Position numbers and translations under genes: made by a program. From NCBI RefSeq assembly GCF_009914755.1, contig NC_060925.1: DNA of 64,000 nt; one strand, written 5' to 3'. This document shows positions 1 through 15,990 of this stretch, one piece after another. The stretch's first letter is position 1, and the number at the start of each line of letters is the position of its first letter. The notes beneath the pieces were generated by a model that was not told the DNA's origin, made no database searches, and was given only the letters and a program-made list of their open reading frames with translations. Origin of the DNA: the human T2T-CHM13v2.0 reference genome, Homo sapiens.

Positions 1-59
1 GGCTATAATCATCCCAATCTTCTACGTGTCCCTTGCACACTTCAAATATTTTTGCAACT

Positions 60-445
60 CTGGGCCTCTGTCTTTGCCATTCCATTTACCTAAAATTCTT
101 CCCCAAGATCCTTGCAAGGCTAGCTCCTTCTTGTCATTCAGGTCTCAAGTCAAATGACCTCCCTCCCTCAGAGATGCCTGAGGGTATGGCTATGGAAAAG
201 GCAGCCCTCAATCCTGGGCAATCTCTGGTCCACTCCATGATAGTGTTTGTTTTTTTTTTTACCGTATTAATATTTCCAAAAGATATATGTAATATATGTA
301 TTAGATGTTCACTGTCTGTCTCTCCTCATTAGATTGTTAGCCTCCTAAAGGCAGGAATCCTAACAGCCCTTGTACTGATATATTTTCAGCAACGAAACAG
401 TTCTTGGTGCAGATTTTGCACTCTATTAAGTGAGTGCATGAATAA
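60..445 (+). mobile_element. L2 LINE 3' fragment (ancient)
   Basis: Degenerate L2 3'-end motifs ('ggtctcaagtcaaatgacctccctccctcagag', 'attagattgttagcctcctaaaggcagg', ending 'gagtgcatgaat'); boundaries approximate. Confidence 0.55.
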
Positions 446-816
446 AGGTTTTCAAGTGATTCACTTATAAGCCAAGTTCTGCCATCTCTATCTGGCCTTT
501 CAGTTACTCCTTGAGGGGAGCCTCAAGTTCAAGTTCTTTGGAAGGATATTGAAAATGCTCCATGATATAGTGAGTGATTTTCAAACTTAAGCTGCATAAG
601 AGCCACTGAGATACTGGTTAAAGATGTGAGTTTCAGACACACAGATTCTTTTTCAGTACACTGGAGTGGGGCTCTGAACTGTGCTAGAGATCCTAGTGCA
701 ACCAGCAGACTTCTCTTGAGAATGCAGTTTTAGAATTTAACCACAGCACCCATCACACCTTACAGACCTTACTGCAGCAACTCTAACCTGCTTCTGTTCC
801 TCTGAATTGAATGAAT

Positions 817-860
817 GCATGGATGGATGGATGGATGGATGGGTCAACAGATGGATGGAT
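817..860. repeat. (GGAT)n tetranucleotide microsatellite
   Basis: ggatggatggatggatggat...atggatggat visible directly. Confidence 0.9.
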
Positions 861-870
861 TGCAACTCTT

Positions 871-1620
871 TTTATTATTATTTTTATTATACTTTAAGTT
901 CTGGGATACATATGCAGAACTTGCAGGTTTGTTACATAGGTATACACGTGCCATGGTGGTTTGCTGCACCCATCAACCCATCATCTACATTAGGTATTTC
1001 TCCCAATGCTATCCCTCCCTTAGCCCCCACCCCCCAACAGGCCTTGGTGTGTGATGTTCCCCCGACTGTGTTCACGTGTTCTCACTGTTCAACTCCCACT
1101 TATGAGTGAGAACACGTGGTGTTTGGTTTTCTGTTCCTGAGTTAGTTTGCTGAGAATGATGGTTTCTAGCTTCATCCATGTCCTTGCAAAGGACTTGAAC
1201 TCATCCTTTTTTATGGCTGCATAGTATTCCATGGTGAATATGTGCCACATTTTCCTTATCTAGTCTATCATTGATGGGCATTTGGGTTGGTTCCTAGTCT
1301 TTGTTATTGTGAATAGCACTGCAATAAACATATGTGTGCATGTGTCTTTATAGTAGAATGATTTACAACCCTTTGGGTATATATCCAGTATTGGGATTGT
1401 TGGGTCAAATGGTATTTTTGGTTCTAGATCCTTGAGGAATCGCCACACCGTCTTCCACAACGGTTGAACTAACTTACACTCCCACCAACAGTGTAAAAGC
1501 ATTCCTATTTCTCCACATCCTCTCCAGCATCTGTTGTTTCCTGACTTTTTAATGATCGCCATTCTAACTGGCATGAGATGGTATCTCATTGTGGTTTTGA
1601 TTTGCATTTCTCTAATGCAA
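871..1620 (-). mobile_element. 5'-truncated L1PA (L1PA7-like) 3' end
   Basis: ORF2 C-terminal translation ([13 protein letters not shown]...[19 protein letters not shown]); 3'UTR 'ctgggatacatatgcagaacttgcaggtttgttacatagg' typical of older L1PA; TSD ggattg(c/t)aactctt at 857-870 and 1621-1634. Confidence 0.92.
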
Positions 1621-3828
1621 GGATTGTAACTCTTACAGAACAATCAACCCAAAAAGAAAGCAATAGATCATTATGCTCTTTCAAGGCAGAAACTGCAGGA
1701 GAAACTGACACTGAAAAGATATTTTGAATGTCTGATTCAGGGAAAAATCAGAAGGCTTGATGGCTTATAAAACAGTATACATGTTTTTGCTTTTCTTCCT
1801 ACACAACACAAAGCGGGCTGAATTCATATGGATGCTTTCAGGGCTCCCAAAATTGGGATTCAATTCTGGATGACTAGAATTGAAGTGTGATCTAAACAGT
1901 TATATTTTGGCAAATGTCTTTCAGCAAGCACATAATAATTAGTATAAGCATCTTGTATGTTTTAGATACTTTCTATACATGAATTCCCCAAATAGCCCCA
2001 GGTGTTTCTGCCTGCATTTTATGAGCAAAAAAGAAAATGGAAGTTGGGAAAGGATAAGAAACTTGTCCAAGTCTGCTTGGCTCCAAAGCTTGTGCTCCTT
2101 GGACTCTGTCTCTTCTCAGACTACAGGTGAGTACGCAAGGGCCCAAGCAGGACCTGGAGCCTGGAGGCAGACCAGAACCCCGAAAGTAGAGAAGGATGAA
2201 GTCTGGTGTCTGCAGAGTAGAGTGACAGGAGTCCCCAGGGGTAGCCCAGAAGACAAGGTCAGCAGGCCCAGCATTGGCTGGAAAGATACGCAAGTAGGGA
2301 GGAGGACATCATTCATTCCTTTACCCACTTATTCATTTTCCTACACTCAACCATTCATTCAGTTATTTACACACAGTTATTTGCTTCCTCGCCTTGTCAA
2401 GTAATTCTGGAGGTCCCAGTGTTTGCCAACAGCCATGATAGGAACTTTACTGACTTATCTGATTTAATCTTTATAACCGCACTGGGATATTAGGAGTATT
2501 ATTCTCCCATTTTAGAGATAAAGAAACTAAGATACAGGCCACACACCTAACTTGTAAGCATCATGACTCATTCCATCTACTTTATTTTTTAACAAGCATT
2601 TATAATATGCTTATTATGTAGCATGCACTTTTTAAGCACTTCATGCACATTCCCCATAGTACCTAACACAGAGCCCGGCACTTGGTATATGCTTCATAAA
2701 TATCTGTTAATATTTGAATGAATGAATCAATCAATCATCAATCAGTAGAGGTACTATATCAGCTTTACAGAAAATGAGTGCTAATATAATTCTGAGGTAG
2801 TATGAGTTGTTTCTTCAGCCATTCAACATGCATTTATTATATATTTTAAAATATATATTTATTATACATATAATTATGTATGTATGTATTGTATATAACC
2901 ACCTACACTGTGCAGAGTACTGGTGAGATGGTACAGGGATAAAATACTCTATCCTTGCCTTCTGGGTGAGCTGGTCTCCAGTCCAGTAGGGGGACAGAGA
3001 GAAAGGCTGACGTAAGAAAGAAACAGAGATTTGGGCAGCCTATGAAGAGGATATTCATGCACTCAAGAGAACAAAACCATGACCAAGTGACACCACCTGT
3101 TTAGGAGTCCAACTCCTGGAACTGGGATGAGGGTCAGAGCAGGAGCCAGAGCCGCCTGGAGTAGGACACCTTGTGCTCTAAAGTGGGCATTCTAGAACCC
3201 CTAGGGTCAGGGTTGAGCCAAGCCAGGGCTGAGGGTGAGGTTAAGAATTTCCAGCTTCGGGGAGCAGAAAGTTTCTGGGACATTACATCAGGCCAGGTGA
3301 GGCATGTTTTGCTTCCTGAAGGTAAAAGTTGTGGGTGTTTGGTGTCTGCATGTGTATGTGCAGGAGAGTGAGGAGGCCAGTGGATACTTGTACATGAGAA
3401 TGTTTGTGTTTTAGACCATGTCTCTGTGGGTACCTGCATCTGCTGGTCTCTCTGTCCTTGAATCTGAGATTGAAACCTGGGCTGGTACCAGTGTATTGTC
3501 TGGTTAGGGGAGAAGGTGCTGAGAAATGAGGAAGAAGAGAGAAAAAGCTAACAGAGTCAAATATTTAAATTAAATGCTCAATGACCACAACCTCTGCATG
3601 TTTTCCAGAGGGAGGCTTCTGTGCATGGCATTTTACTCACAGAGAGAAAAGTCCATTTCCCCAACTTCCTGAGACACACATCCACACTTCCCAAAAGCAG
3701 ATTCTATCAACACGCAGTGCATCAGAGACTCCTTTTAGATTGTGGGTGGTTTTTAAAAAGGTATTTAAGACAGGGTTATACACACTCTCCCTGTGGTTTT
3801 CTAAGGAGTAATCCCCCATAATTCTGGC

Positions 3829-3831
<3 letters not shown>

Positions 3832-3882
<51 letters not shown>
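3832..3882. repeat. Compound (TC)n(TG)n microsatellite
   Basis: Direct sequence. Confidence 0.95.
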
Positions 3883-4329
3883 TTCAATTTAAAATACAGA
3901 TACATTTTTTCTTAAAAGCATAAGAACATAGTGATATGAGCGCTAGAAGAAAGAGAAAAGGGCTCTGCACCCACAGCCCAGCTTCCCAAGGCTCCTCCTC
4001 TGTCTACGGGTTTCCATCTATGTTCCTCCTCTCCTCCCCTCCTCACACAGAACTCTCCCACTGGAAGCTGTTGATGCATTCTCTCTGGTTTTGGTGTGCC
4101 CTTCAGAGCATATTTTTAAAGGAAAGAAGGAAGGAAATGCTTCTTATATAGAAAAGCAGGCAGCTACGGGGTAAGAGAAGAAGACTCATCCACATCTCCA
4201 AGCTGAGCTTCATCCTTGACAAGCACACATCTGGACATGCAACACCTCTGGTTAGCATCCTGCAAAGGCTTCTCTGGTCTGAATCACCAGGACCAGACTG
4301 GGCCTACCCAATCTCCACTCCCACCAACC

Positions 4330-4805
4330 TCTGGGCCCCTTCTCCCAGGGTTGGCAACTTGCTGGCCACTTTCCAGTTCCTCTAAAGCATTGGGCACTTT
4401 CCAGCCTCAGGATCTCCTGCACACAGCTGACTCCTTCCACGCTCCTCACCACCCCTTCCTTAGTCAATTTCTACTTCTCTTCCGCAGCTCACTAAGATGG
4501 GTGCTCCACTGAGGAAATCTTCCCTGGCCTCCCTGTACATGCACCTGCACACACACACCTGCACCACACACCCTTGGCCAGATCCACCTGTTACAAATGA
4601 TCACTGCATTCTGCACTTCACCTCCATTGCACACATCACAATTGTAATTGATTAGCTGTGCAATCAGGTTTTTAATAACTGTCTTTCCCCACTGATGAAA
4701 GCTCCCTGAGGGCCAGGGCCATGCCAGTGTCTATCTGTGCTTACAATAGGCTTTTTATTTAGCAGGCGTACAGCCAATACATTTTTGTTGAATGAAGGCA
4801 TAAAT
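4330..4805 (+). mobile_element. L2 LINE 3' fragment
   Basis: 'gcctcaggatctcctgcacacagctg', 'aagctccctgagggccaggg', ending 'tttgttgaatgaa'; approximate. Confidence 0.5.
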
Positions 4806-5104
4806 GATCCTCAGTTTCCTCATCTCTAAAGTTGAGACAATAATAAAAAGCCTGTGCGTATTAAATGAGATAACAGAAGTGACACTGCCTGACCAGTAAA
4901 AAGGTTTTGTTTTTGTTTATTTGAGTTATTTGTTCCCTGAAAAAAGAAGCTCAAAAATAAAATTAGCTGTCTCCTGGAATGGTAAACTTTTTGTCATTGG
5001 GGGCCTTCTAGCAAAAGATGGTTGAAAATTTTGCAGGGATATTGTAGAAAGAGTGATCAGTGAATCACAGTGGGTAATTCTCTATTTTGGCTTCATATTA
5101 GAAT

Positions 5105-5240
5105 CAACTGAAGATTTAAAAAAATAACTAACTGATGGCCCAAGAGATTCTGATTTAATTTGTGGGATCCAAGCACCCCAGGTGTGAAGAAAGCGCCCCA
5201 GGTGTTTCTAACATGACCATGGCCATGAAACACTGGTTTA
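5105..5240. mobile_element. MER5-type hAT-Charlie DNA transposon relic
   Basis: 'cccaagagattctgatttaatt...ccccaggtgtttctaacatg...aacactgg' resembles MER5A; similar relics near 570-725 and 6950-7190. Confidence 0.55.
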
Positions 5241-5665
5241 AAATAGATAATCTTTACATTTTCTTCTAGCCACGAGATGTCACTCCAGGAAACCAAAGAC
5301 TATTTGTTTCTTCTGTGAGCAAGGGGCTGGGGGGAAGGTGGAAGGTAGAAGAGAGCCCTTTAACATAGTCATTTTTTAAATTTTAAATAAAAATTTACAG
5401 ATGTGTAAGTATAGAGCCCGCCACATAACAAGTTAAAGAGCAGTGGCTGTGGAGTCTCTGATCCTCTCTACTGAAGAACTTAGGGCCTTTCCAGCTATGC
5501 AATTTGGGGTAAATCACTTTGTCCCACTAAACCCATTTCCCCAATTTAAAATGGAGATAATGTTACCCTTATTATAGAGTTTCTGGGATAATTCAATAAA
5601 ATAAGACATAAGAAGCAGTGCAGCAAGTGCTCGCAGAAGGTAAGTCCTCTTTGGTAAGAATTTGC

Positions 5666-5740
5666 TATATATATACACGTATACACATTTATACACATAT
5701 ATACATATATACACACACACACACACACACATATATATAT
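5666..5740. repeat. (TA)n/(CA)n compound microsatellite
   Basis: Direct sequence; poly-T run also at 5832-5853. Confidence 0.9.
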
Positions 5741-8700
5741 TATCAATGTGAATACATTTTGCAAACAGTGCAGTTATAAGGCATTATCATTGTGATCATT
5801 GGCCAGCCCAGGTGGAAAGCTATGAGATTGATTTTTTTTTTTTTTTTTTTTTTACCCCAGGGACATTCTTAGAGAGCTGTGGTTTTCCCTAGTGTACTGT
5901 TGTTGATGGGTCTTTTAGAAATACAAATACACACTCACACATACAAATGTGTACACACACACATACACACATGCACATCCATATACACATATTTCTTTTC
6001 TTTTTTCTCCAAGTCCCCACTGAAATACAGCTTGCCTGAGAAAATATGAATCAGAATTTATTGTGTTGTGCTGCTTTCCCACTGGAGTAGCAGGGTCAAA
6101 TATAGATTGCTAGAACTGATCTGCCCACTCGTTGCTCACAAGGTCCTTACAGAACTGAACACCTGACCCTAAACAATGGGGAAAAGATTCAAAGAGCTGT
6201 ATTGAAAGAAATCGAATTTTAAACAGATTCTTGGTATCAGCTTGTAAAATGATAACAGCTCCTGAGCATGCCCGTCTGAAAGAACAGTCACTGGCACATG
6301 CTTGCAAGCAAACCATGTCAGATTTCATCACACTGCCATAGCCTCCGGGGCAGAAAACATCCCCAGCACATGGTGGCCTGGAAGCCTGCACACCAGGTGA
6401 GTGCTAGCTGTGCCCCTCACTGACTCTGTGACCACCAGGAAGTCCCTTAACTTCTCTGAACCTCTCACTTTATCTGTGAAATGGGGGCAATGCTACTTGC
6501 TCTGGTGACTTCACAGAGTTCCCCGAAGGTCACTGGCATAGTGTGCAGGCAGGTGCCTTGTGCCCCTGGGGAGCTATGCAAATGCAACATGGCATCACCA
6601 GCTCTGTGCCAATGATGGCCAGGACCACCAGTGGAGACTGCACCTCTCTGGGTCTTATAGCATCTTCAGCTCTAATGGGACTCTCAAAATTCTTTTTTGG
6701 TCATGAAAATGTTCCTGTTCTGTAGGTCTGGCAGGTTCCATAGTCCTATAATTCAGATATCTAAATGTTCTTAAATTTTAAAATTGCCCAACTGGCAGAA
6801 TGCTGGCTGAATACACAGACAGAATGATAGAAATGAAGAAGCCATACCTGGAAACCAAGTATTTAATCCATTAGAATATGCTTTAGGCAGAGGGCCAGGC
6901 AAATAGGCTAAAATGGTGATGACAAGAGTTAGAGAGATGGGAATTTATCATCCAGTGGTTTTTGAATGCTTTCTAAAACTGTGGAACTTAACTTTAGGGA
7001 AGAGTGATGGGTAATCACCTTTCTATAAATATACACCACCAATGCCCACTGCAGATTCTGACATACCTTGGGCAAGAGTGTATGTGGTGTGGGCTGTGTA
7101 TATGTATATATACATTTTGAAAAAAAAAATCCCTGGGTAATTTTTACATGACTCTCTCCTCCCATCCTCTCATGGTTAAGAACTTGTGCTTAAAATCATG
7201 CCCTACAGATGGATGTTCATTGCACCAAGCCTGGGGCTTGTTTAACCTCCAATTCACTTCCTGGGCACTAACAATCCATCCCTTTCTATAGAACTGACTT
7301 TCTACATTATTTAGACCTGTAAGTTATGATGATAATAGTTATGAGACAAATTCCTTTGAGAAGCACAATACCTTACAATTTGTGAAGTTCCTTGCCATTT
7401 AACTATCTTCTTTGATCCTCCTAACCTTTTCCCCATCTGATGGAGAAGAAGCTCAATGTTCAGAGAAGTGACGTGACTTGCCTAAGGTCACACAGCTAAT
7501 AAGAGGCAGAGCCTAATGCAGAGTCTAATGCATGCCACCCAGATCTTTATCCAGACTGCTTTCCAGTTCTTTCATACAAGTAAAAATGACTATTCATGTT
7601 ATTGTCCAGCTCCTTGTGTCCTTTAAATAACACTAGTTATTATGTGGTAGACTTCAGGCTAAGCATATTGTACATAGTACAGTGTATTTCCCAAACAGCC
7701 CTTCAGGGTGGGTATTATCCCATTTTACAGCTGAGGACACTGAGGCTCAGAGGTGAAGGGACCAACTTAAGGATGCATTCAGCTCAGGCATCTGTTCCTT
7801 GCAGATTCCTGATCTGAGTCCCATGACTGGGTCAGGGGCCTCTTTGAGACTCCCCATAGCACTTACCCCATTTGTTGATAGCATGCATTCATACATGTCT
7901 TCTATCCATGAGATTGTGATCTCTCCAAAGGTAGGCCATGTCTTAATCCCAAGACCCACCAGCACCAATCTCAGGGCTGGCACACTCTCCATGTATGAAC
8001 AAATATCACAGAGCACAGAGAATAAGTATAGAACTCAGATTTTGAACACAAATCTCTTTGAACCCCGAATATCTTATCTGGTTCCATCAAAAGTGGCCCA
8101 CAAACAGGCCAGGCACGTACTCAGTTTCTGTCCAGAGAAAATTCTCCTGTCTCTCAAGTGGCTCTAGCCATTTCTCTCAGCCAGGACCAAAGGTATAATT
8201 GAGTTTCTGATGAAAGAACGCCAGCCTTGTCCCCAAAGATCACAGTGCCTAGGTGAGACAAGAGCTAGCTAGGCTAAGCAACAAATTCTTCCTCCAGTCT
8301 CTGCTTAAAGAAGGTGACGTTCCAATTACAAATTTCCTGAGAAAACTGCTATTCAATTGCACAAGGCTGATTTTCAAGGCATTGACACCTTCTTGGCTTG
8401 CTTGCTTATTAGACACAGGAGTTGGGGAGGATGGAGGAGTATTTAAAAGCTGGTTTTCAGCCCAACGAATCTGAAGAAATTTTCTTTATTGCTCTGCAAG
8501 AGGAGGTGGGGATCGGGGAGGCAGAACTAGATCTGATAAAGGAGATTAAATGGCCTTACACATCTGACAGCAAAGAACAGACCCCATGGGAATCCCCAAT
8601 CCTGCTGGTGCTAATAAAGTGCACGATATTACTCTGGTAATATAGTGTACAATATAAGGCATCCAGATGCTGGGGCCAGAGCCACGACCTACATCTTCCA

Positions 8701-9552
8701 CAAACCAATTTTCTGCTGGGTTGGATGTGTGAAAAAGAAGCCAAATACATATATTTTTTCCCCTTGAAAGAAGAATTGCTTCCCTAGCTTTTTACCTTGG
8801 CCTATCTGCTCCTCCTGTCTCCTGCGTTCTCAAAGTGGGAATTACTTCTAATCCACTCAGAGGAGAAGCCACTACCTGCCTCAACTGTGGGCTATTAAAG
8901 GACAATTGGGCTCCTTGCTGGATTTCTAGTGGCAGTGGGGTATGAGGCAACAAGCCTAGAATTTGCAGTCAGACAAACCAGGTTCAAATCCTTGCTCTTC
9001 CAATTATAGGATGTTTGTCCTTGAGCAAGTTTCCCCTAGGTTGTCTGAGCCTAGGTTCCACATCCACCACACAGAAGTGCTAGGAGTGCTAAAGACAATT
9101 CATATTAAGTGTCTAGCACAAGAGCTTAAATGTAGCAGGTATTTAATAAGCAGTAACAAGTAGTAGCAGTAGCAGTAGCCTCAATGAGTAAAGCTTAAAG
9201 GCAACCTCACTAAAGGAACAGCACTTTTTTGGCAGGGAATTTAGGGGGTGAAAACAATGATGCTTATTGATAAGATGAACAGCAACAATGCTTTATTTCT
9301 CCATTTCCAGTTATTGAGCATCTTCTGAGTAGATAGTAATATTGTAAGCATTGAGAAAATATAGGCAACTATCAATCTCTTCCAAGATCTTGTAGACTAG
9401 TGGGGACACCAAGAAATGCCACGGGACATGTTCTGAGCCACAGTGTTCCCAAAAATTTAACATTATCATCTCATTTGACCCTCACAGGAACCTCAAAAAG
9501 GGGGCAAGACATGATTTGTTAATCCCCATTTAGTAGATTTTTTAAAACCTGA

Positions 9553-10811
<1,259 letters not shown>

Positions 10812-11472
10812 AAAACCTGAGGCTCAGACAGATGATGTTGCTTGGCTAAATTCACAAGGGAGCTTGAGCCAGGATTTGGCCTAACTGCTCATCTCCAGCT
10901 CTTAATTGTGTTGAGCCTGAACCACTCTGGGATACCTCTGGCTCTGCCAGCAACTGGAATTCTAGCTCTGGCCATCTCCAAGTCATGGTATCTCCATCAG
11001 CCACAGCTATTTTGTTTCATAATATGTTGGGGCTTTCCTCAGACCCAGCTCAGTGTGGCATGGAAGAGATGCTATACAAATATTGGTTGGCTGATTATAT
11101 ACGAATAATAACAACAGATATGTAATATCCTTTGTAGCACACTTTTTAGTTTAAAAAGTGCTTTCGCATGTTATGGCACTAGTTTTTTTTCAGCCCTTAA
11201 AGGTAGACATTACTATCCCATCTCCCAGATGATTAAAAAAAAAAAAACTCAGAGAGGTTCACTTTATCAAAGCCACAAAGTTAGGAAGGCACAGAAGCAG
11301 GGCTCGAGGTGGGTGTGTAGGAAGCCAAGTCTTGGGTTCTTCTTGCATTCATTTGACCCATCAAAGGTGTGACATGAATCTACAGAGTAGCTACAGATCT
11401 CTCATCAGAGCAGCTGGAATGAAATGGTACTGTTAAGAATACAGAGAAAAATATCATCCACCTCCTCAAAAG

Positions 11473-11690
11473 TAGCTGACATTTATTGAATGTTTGATTT
11501 CTCAGTACAAGACACTTTACCAAATGCTTTCCATGTAGTCTTTTGTATAATCCTTAGGAGGTAGGTTCTATAATAATTCTTATTTTACAGATGAGGAAAT
11601 TAATGTTCAGGGAGGTGAAATAGCTTACTCTAAGCACAGAGCGATAGGTTTTGGATTTGAACCCAGGCAATCTGACCCCACAGAACTTAA
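11473..11690 (-). mobile_element. MIR SINE
   Basis: 'ttttacagatgaggaaat...ggaggtgaaatagcttactc...ggatttgaacccaggcaatctgacccc' MIR core. Confidence 0.7.
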
Positions 11691-13239
11691 CAATGTCATC
11701 CTTTGTTGAATCTCTGGCACAGTGTCCACCAATGTCTTCCGGAGGAACCCAGTGTTTATTGAGAATATTTATTGATTGCCATTAAGTACCAGGCATTACC
11801 CTCAATGCTAGTTATATTAACTCATTTAACTCTCGAAAGCACTCTGTAAGGCAGATATTATTATCCCACTTTATAGAGGAGGAAACTGTGGCTCAGAGTT
11901 TCTGAACTGACTGCCCAAGACAGTAGAGCTGGCTAAATGTAGAATTATTTTCAAACGCAGAAATATCTGGGAAAGGTTTGTTCTTCCTTCAACAACTTTG
12001 GAATCTCCTGGAAGAGATCTGAAATACACACAGAAGAAAGGTTCAAAGAAGGAAATGGGAGGCAACAGAGCCAAATAACCAACTCTAGGATTCCAATCAC
12101 AAAGGTTGCCCAAGATCAGGGAGTGGAGAGGTTGCAAAATGCTGGATTTGTCTGGAGAGGCTGAATGGAGGAAGCAAAACTCCAGTGGGCATTGAAGACT
12201 GGAGGAAATTTGGTTGAGCGAGGCATTCCAGGCAGAGGAATAGCATATTTAAAATTTAAGCAGAGTCTAGAAACAGATTCAAGTAGCAAAGGGGAGCCTT
12301 AATAAAATGATGTGAAGTTGAGATAGACCTACTTACTAGGATTCAGGCTGTGTGTCCAGCACTCTCCTCCAGCCCCACACCCACAGCACTCTGAGGTTTC
12401 TTTGTTCTCCTCTAGCATGTAGCTCATCAGGTGCCAAAGCTACAATAAGAAAGTCACGAAAGTTAGGGGAGAGACAATAGACCAAGAAGGAAAAGACACC
12501 ATACATACCTCACATAAGGCCTCCAGGAAGGCAGGGAGAAGTAGGTCATGGAGGGAGAAGAGAGCTTTGATTTGCCCACAGTGTAAGCCGGTCTCAGCTC
12601 TTCCACTCACTGTTTCTCCCCCTTCTCTTCCCTCCTCTCCTGTGTATTCTGCATGCAGCAGCAAATGTATAATGCTTGGATGGCCTGACAAAACAGTTTC
12701 TGAGATTTATTTCTGTTGGACAATTTTGCATTTCCCCCCTCTGCTGACAACTCTGTTAACAGCAAGCTCTCTATGAGGCTGTAAATTTGGAGATCACATA
12801 CCTGATGTAGACATCGTTGCTTTAAAAACAGACCAAGAAAGTGGACTCCCTGAGGCGAGGGTAAGCCCATAGCCTAACTGGTTTCAGAAGACTTGGTCCA
12901 TTATCTGGGAGTCAGTGATAGCTCAGAGCTTGGTATCCGAGATGAAAAAGACCACATGGAGTAAGAGATGGAGCAGTAGCCCTGTGCAGTATAGTCGGTT
13001 CAAGGCAAGAGTGCACAACCTGGAGATAGTTCCAAGTAAGTCAAACACGAAATCTAGTTGGATGAGATCCAACAGTGGCCTTAGATTATTTTTAAAACCG
13101 AATGCTGATAAGCCATTAGGCAGTAGATGTTAGGTAATAAATGTGGAAAATATTTTATCAAGCATGAATTTCTATATTCACATAAAGAATTGTAATTGCT
13201 TTTTGGGGGGGTAAGGGGAAAGGGTAATCTTGCTTTTCT

Positions 13240-14113
<874 letters not shown>

Positions 14114-15718
14114 TAAAATTGTTACCATTTTGTGAAAGAAGAAAACAGTATCTCTTACGTGCATTTTGAAAAATAGGTACGAGTAAAGGCAAATACACTT
14201 AGAAGCACAGAATTTTAGACCTGGGAAGAGATGCATTCACTCCATTAGCAAGCATTTGGAGACTGCATCTTGGAACCAGGTCCTGTGTAGGACTCTGAGG
14301 CACTGGAGAGGAACCATACCTAGGCCCTCAAGGACCTCACAGAGTGATAAGTGTAATGACAAGTGAAGTCACTGGGGGTGATGGGAATACAGGGCATCTC
14401 AATCAATGGGGGGCATCGGGAAGGTTTCCCACCCAAAGGGAAGTTAGTACTAAATTCTAAAGGAGGAATAAGAGAGTACCAAGGCAAAGAAGGAGAGAAC
14501 GTACTTGCAGAGGGGTCATGGGGGGCATTTGAAGCACTGGCAAAGCACTGGCTAAGCACAGGCCTGGCCTCCAAGCTTTTAATTTTACAGATGTGAAAGC
14601 TGAGCCTCCTGGAGAAGAGTAACTAAGTTACCCAAGGGGGAAGCAGTACGACTAAAAATTCACAACAAAGCTTGCTCTTAACCACTCCACTATATTGCCT
14701 GAATACTAAACATGGAATGTAACATCTTCACAAGGGTCAGTAACTGACTCAGGACCACACAGACAGATAGTGGCAGATCTGAGATGAGAACTCAGGTCTC
14801 TTTGCTCCCAGTCCAGTGCTCATTCCAGTATGCCATGCAGACTGTGCAACCTCCCAGTCTCACTGAGTCTTAACCCCTACATCACGCCATTGCTCCTACG
14901 TCCTTTCCATGGCTCCCTTACTATGGAACTCAGTCATCAAGACTGATGTTTCATTCCTTTTTCATTAAGTTGACAAAAAGAACAAGGTGACCTTCCTTCC
15001 CTGTGGCCTTTCCCATCCTTGAAAACCACTGAGGTTAGGAAGGAAGTCATCAGATATTCTCACTTCCAATCCATCCTCCTAAAGGCCAGCTGGTCTGGGA
15101 ATAAAACACCTTGGTGTCGGGCCTTTAATTTTTAAAGAGAGAGCAAAATGGTGAGAAGACTTTAAAAACTGCTCTCAGCTTTGTGTGTAATAGCCACCCA
15201 GGCAGGAGGTCATCACCAATCTCCACATCTCTCGAGACTCCCAGGCTTAGAGGAGCAGGAGGAGTATTTGTTCCTGGAGCCACAGAAAATTGCAGACCTG
15301 ACCCTGCCTTCCTTGTGCTTAGAAAAAACCCACCTCTACAACAAAGCCCAAGTCCTTATTGAACGACAGTCAGCTGGCTTGACCACTAACAAAGAACTGA
15401 TACAAAGGACAAAGGGGCACCCTCTTACAAGGATTCCTTAGAAGTAGAAGCCCCTGGTATATTACTCATGACATCTCAGGTTTGTAGAAAAACAACAGCT
15501 CCAGAAAAATATCTGGTCCTGAAAAATCACTGCTTCGTCAGAAGCAGACATATGACCAAATGCAGCAACAAAGTAAAAGCATTTATTAATCCTAGGTTGT
15601 GCTAAGCTTAATAAAGGTGTAACACAGGTTGAACATCCACAATTGACAGACACTGTCTACTTAGTCTCTCTAAGCCTCCCAACAGCTCTGCAAGGTAGGA
15701 ATTACAGCACCATGGTTG

Positions 15719-15990
15719 GCAGTATGGCATGATGGTTAAGGCCGTGAGTTCTGGAGCCAGACAGACGGATTCTGAATTGCACCTCTGCCTCTTATTAAAT
15801 GTGACACTTATTAATGAAGCAAGTTGCTTAACCACACTGTGGCTATGCATCTTCACTTTGCAATGGGGACGATTATAGTGCCAACTTCATAAGATTATTG
15901 TGAGGACTAAATTAGTTAACAAATGTAAAGTACTTAAAAGAATGCCTGGCACATAGTAAAATTCAAGAAGCATTAGTTGTCATTATTGTT
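15719..15990 (+). mobile_element. Near full-length MIR SINE
   Basis: 'cagtatggcatgatggttaaggcc...tctggagccagac...gtgaggactaaattagttaac...gcctggcacatagtaa' follows the MIR consensus end to end. Confidence 0.8.
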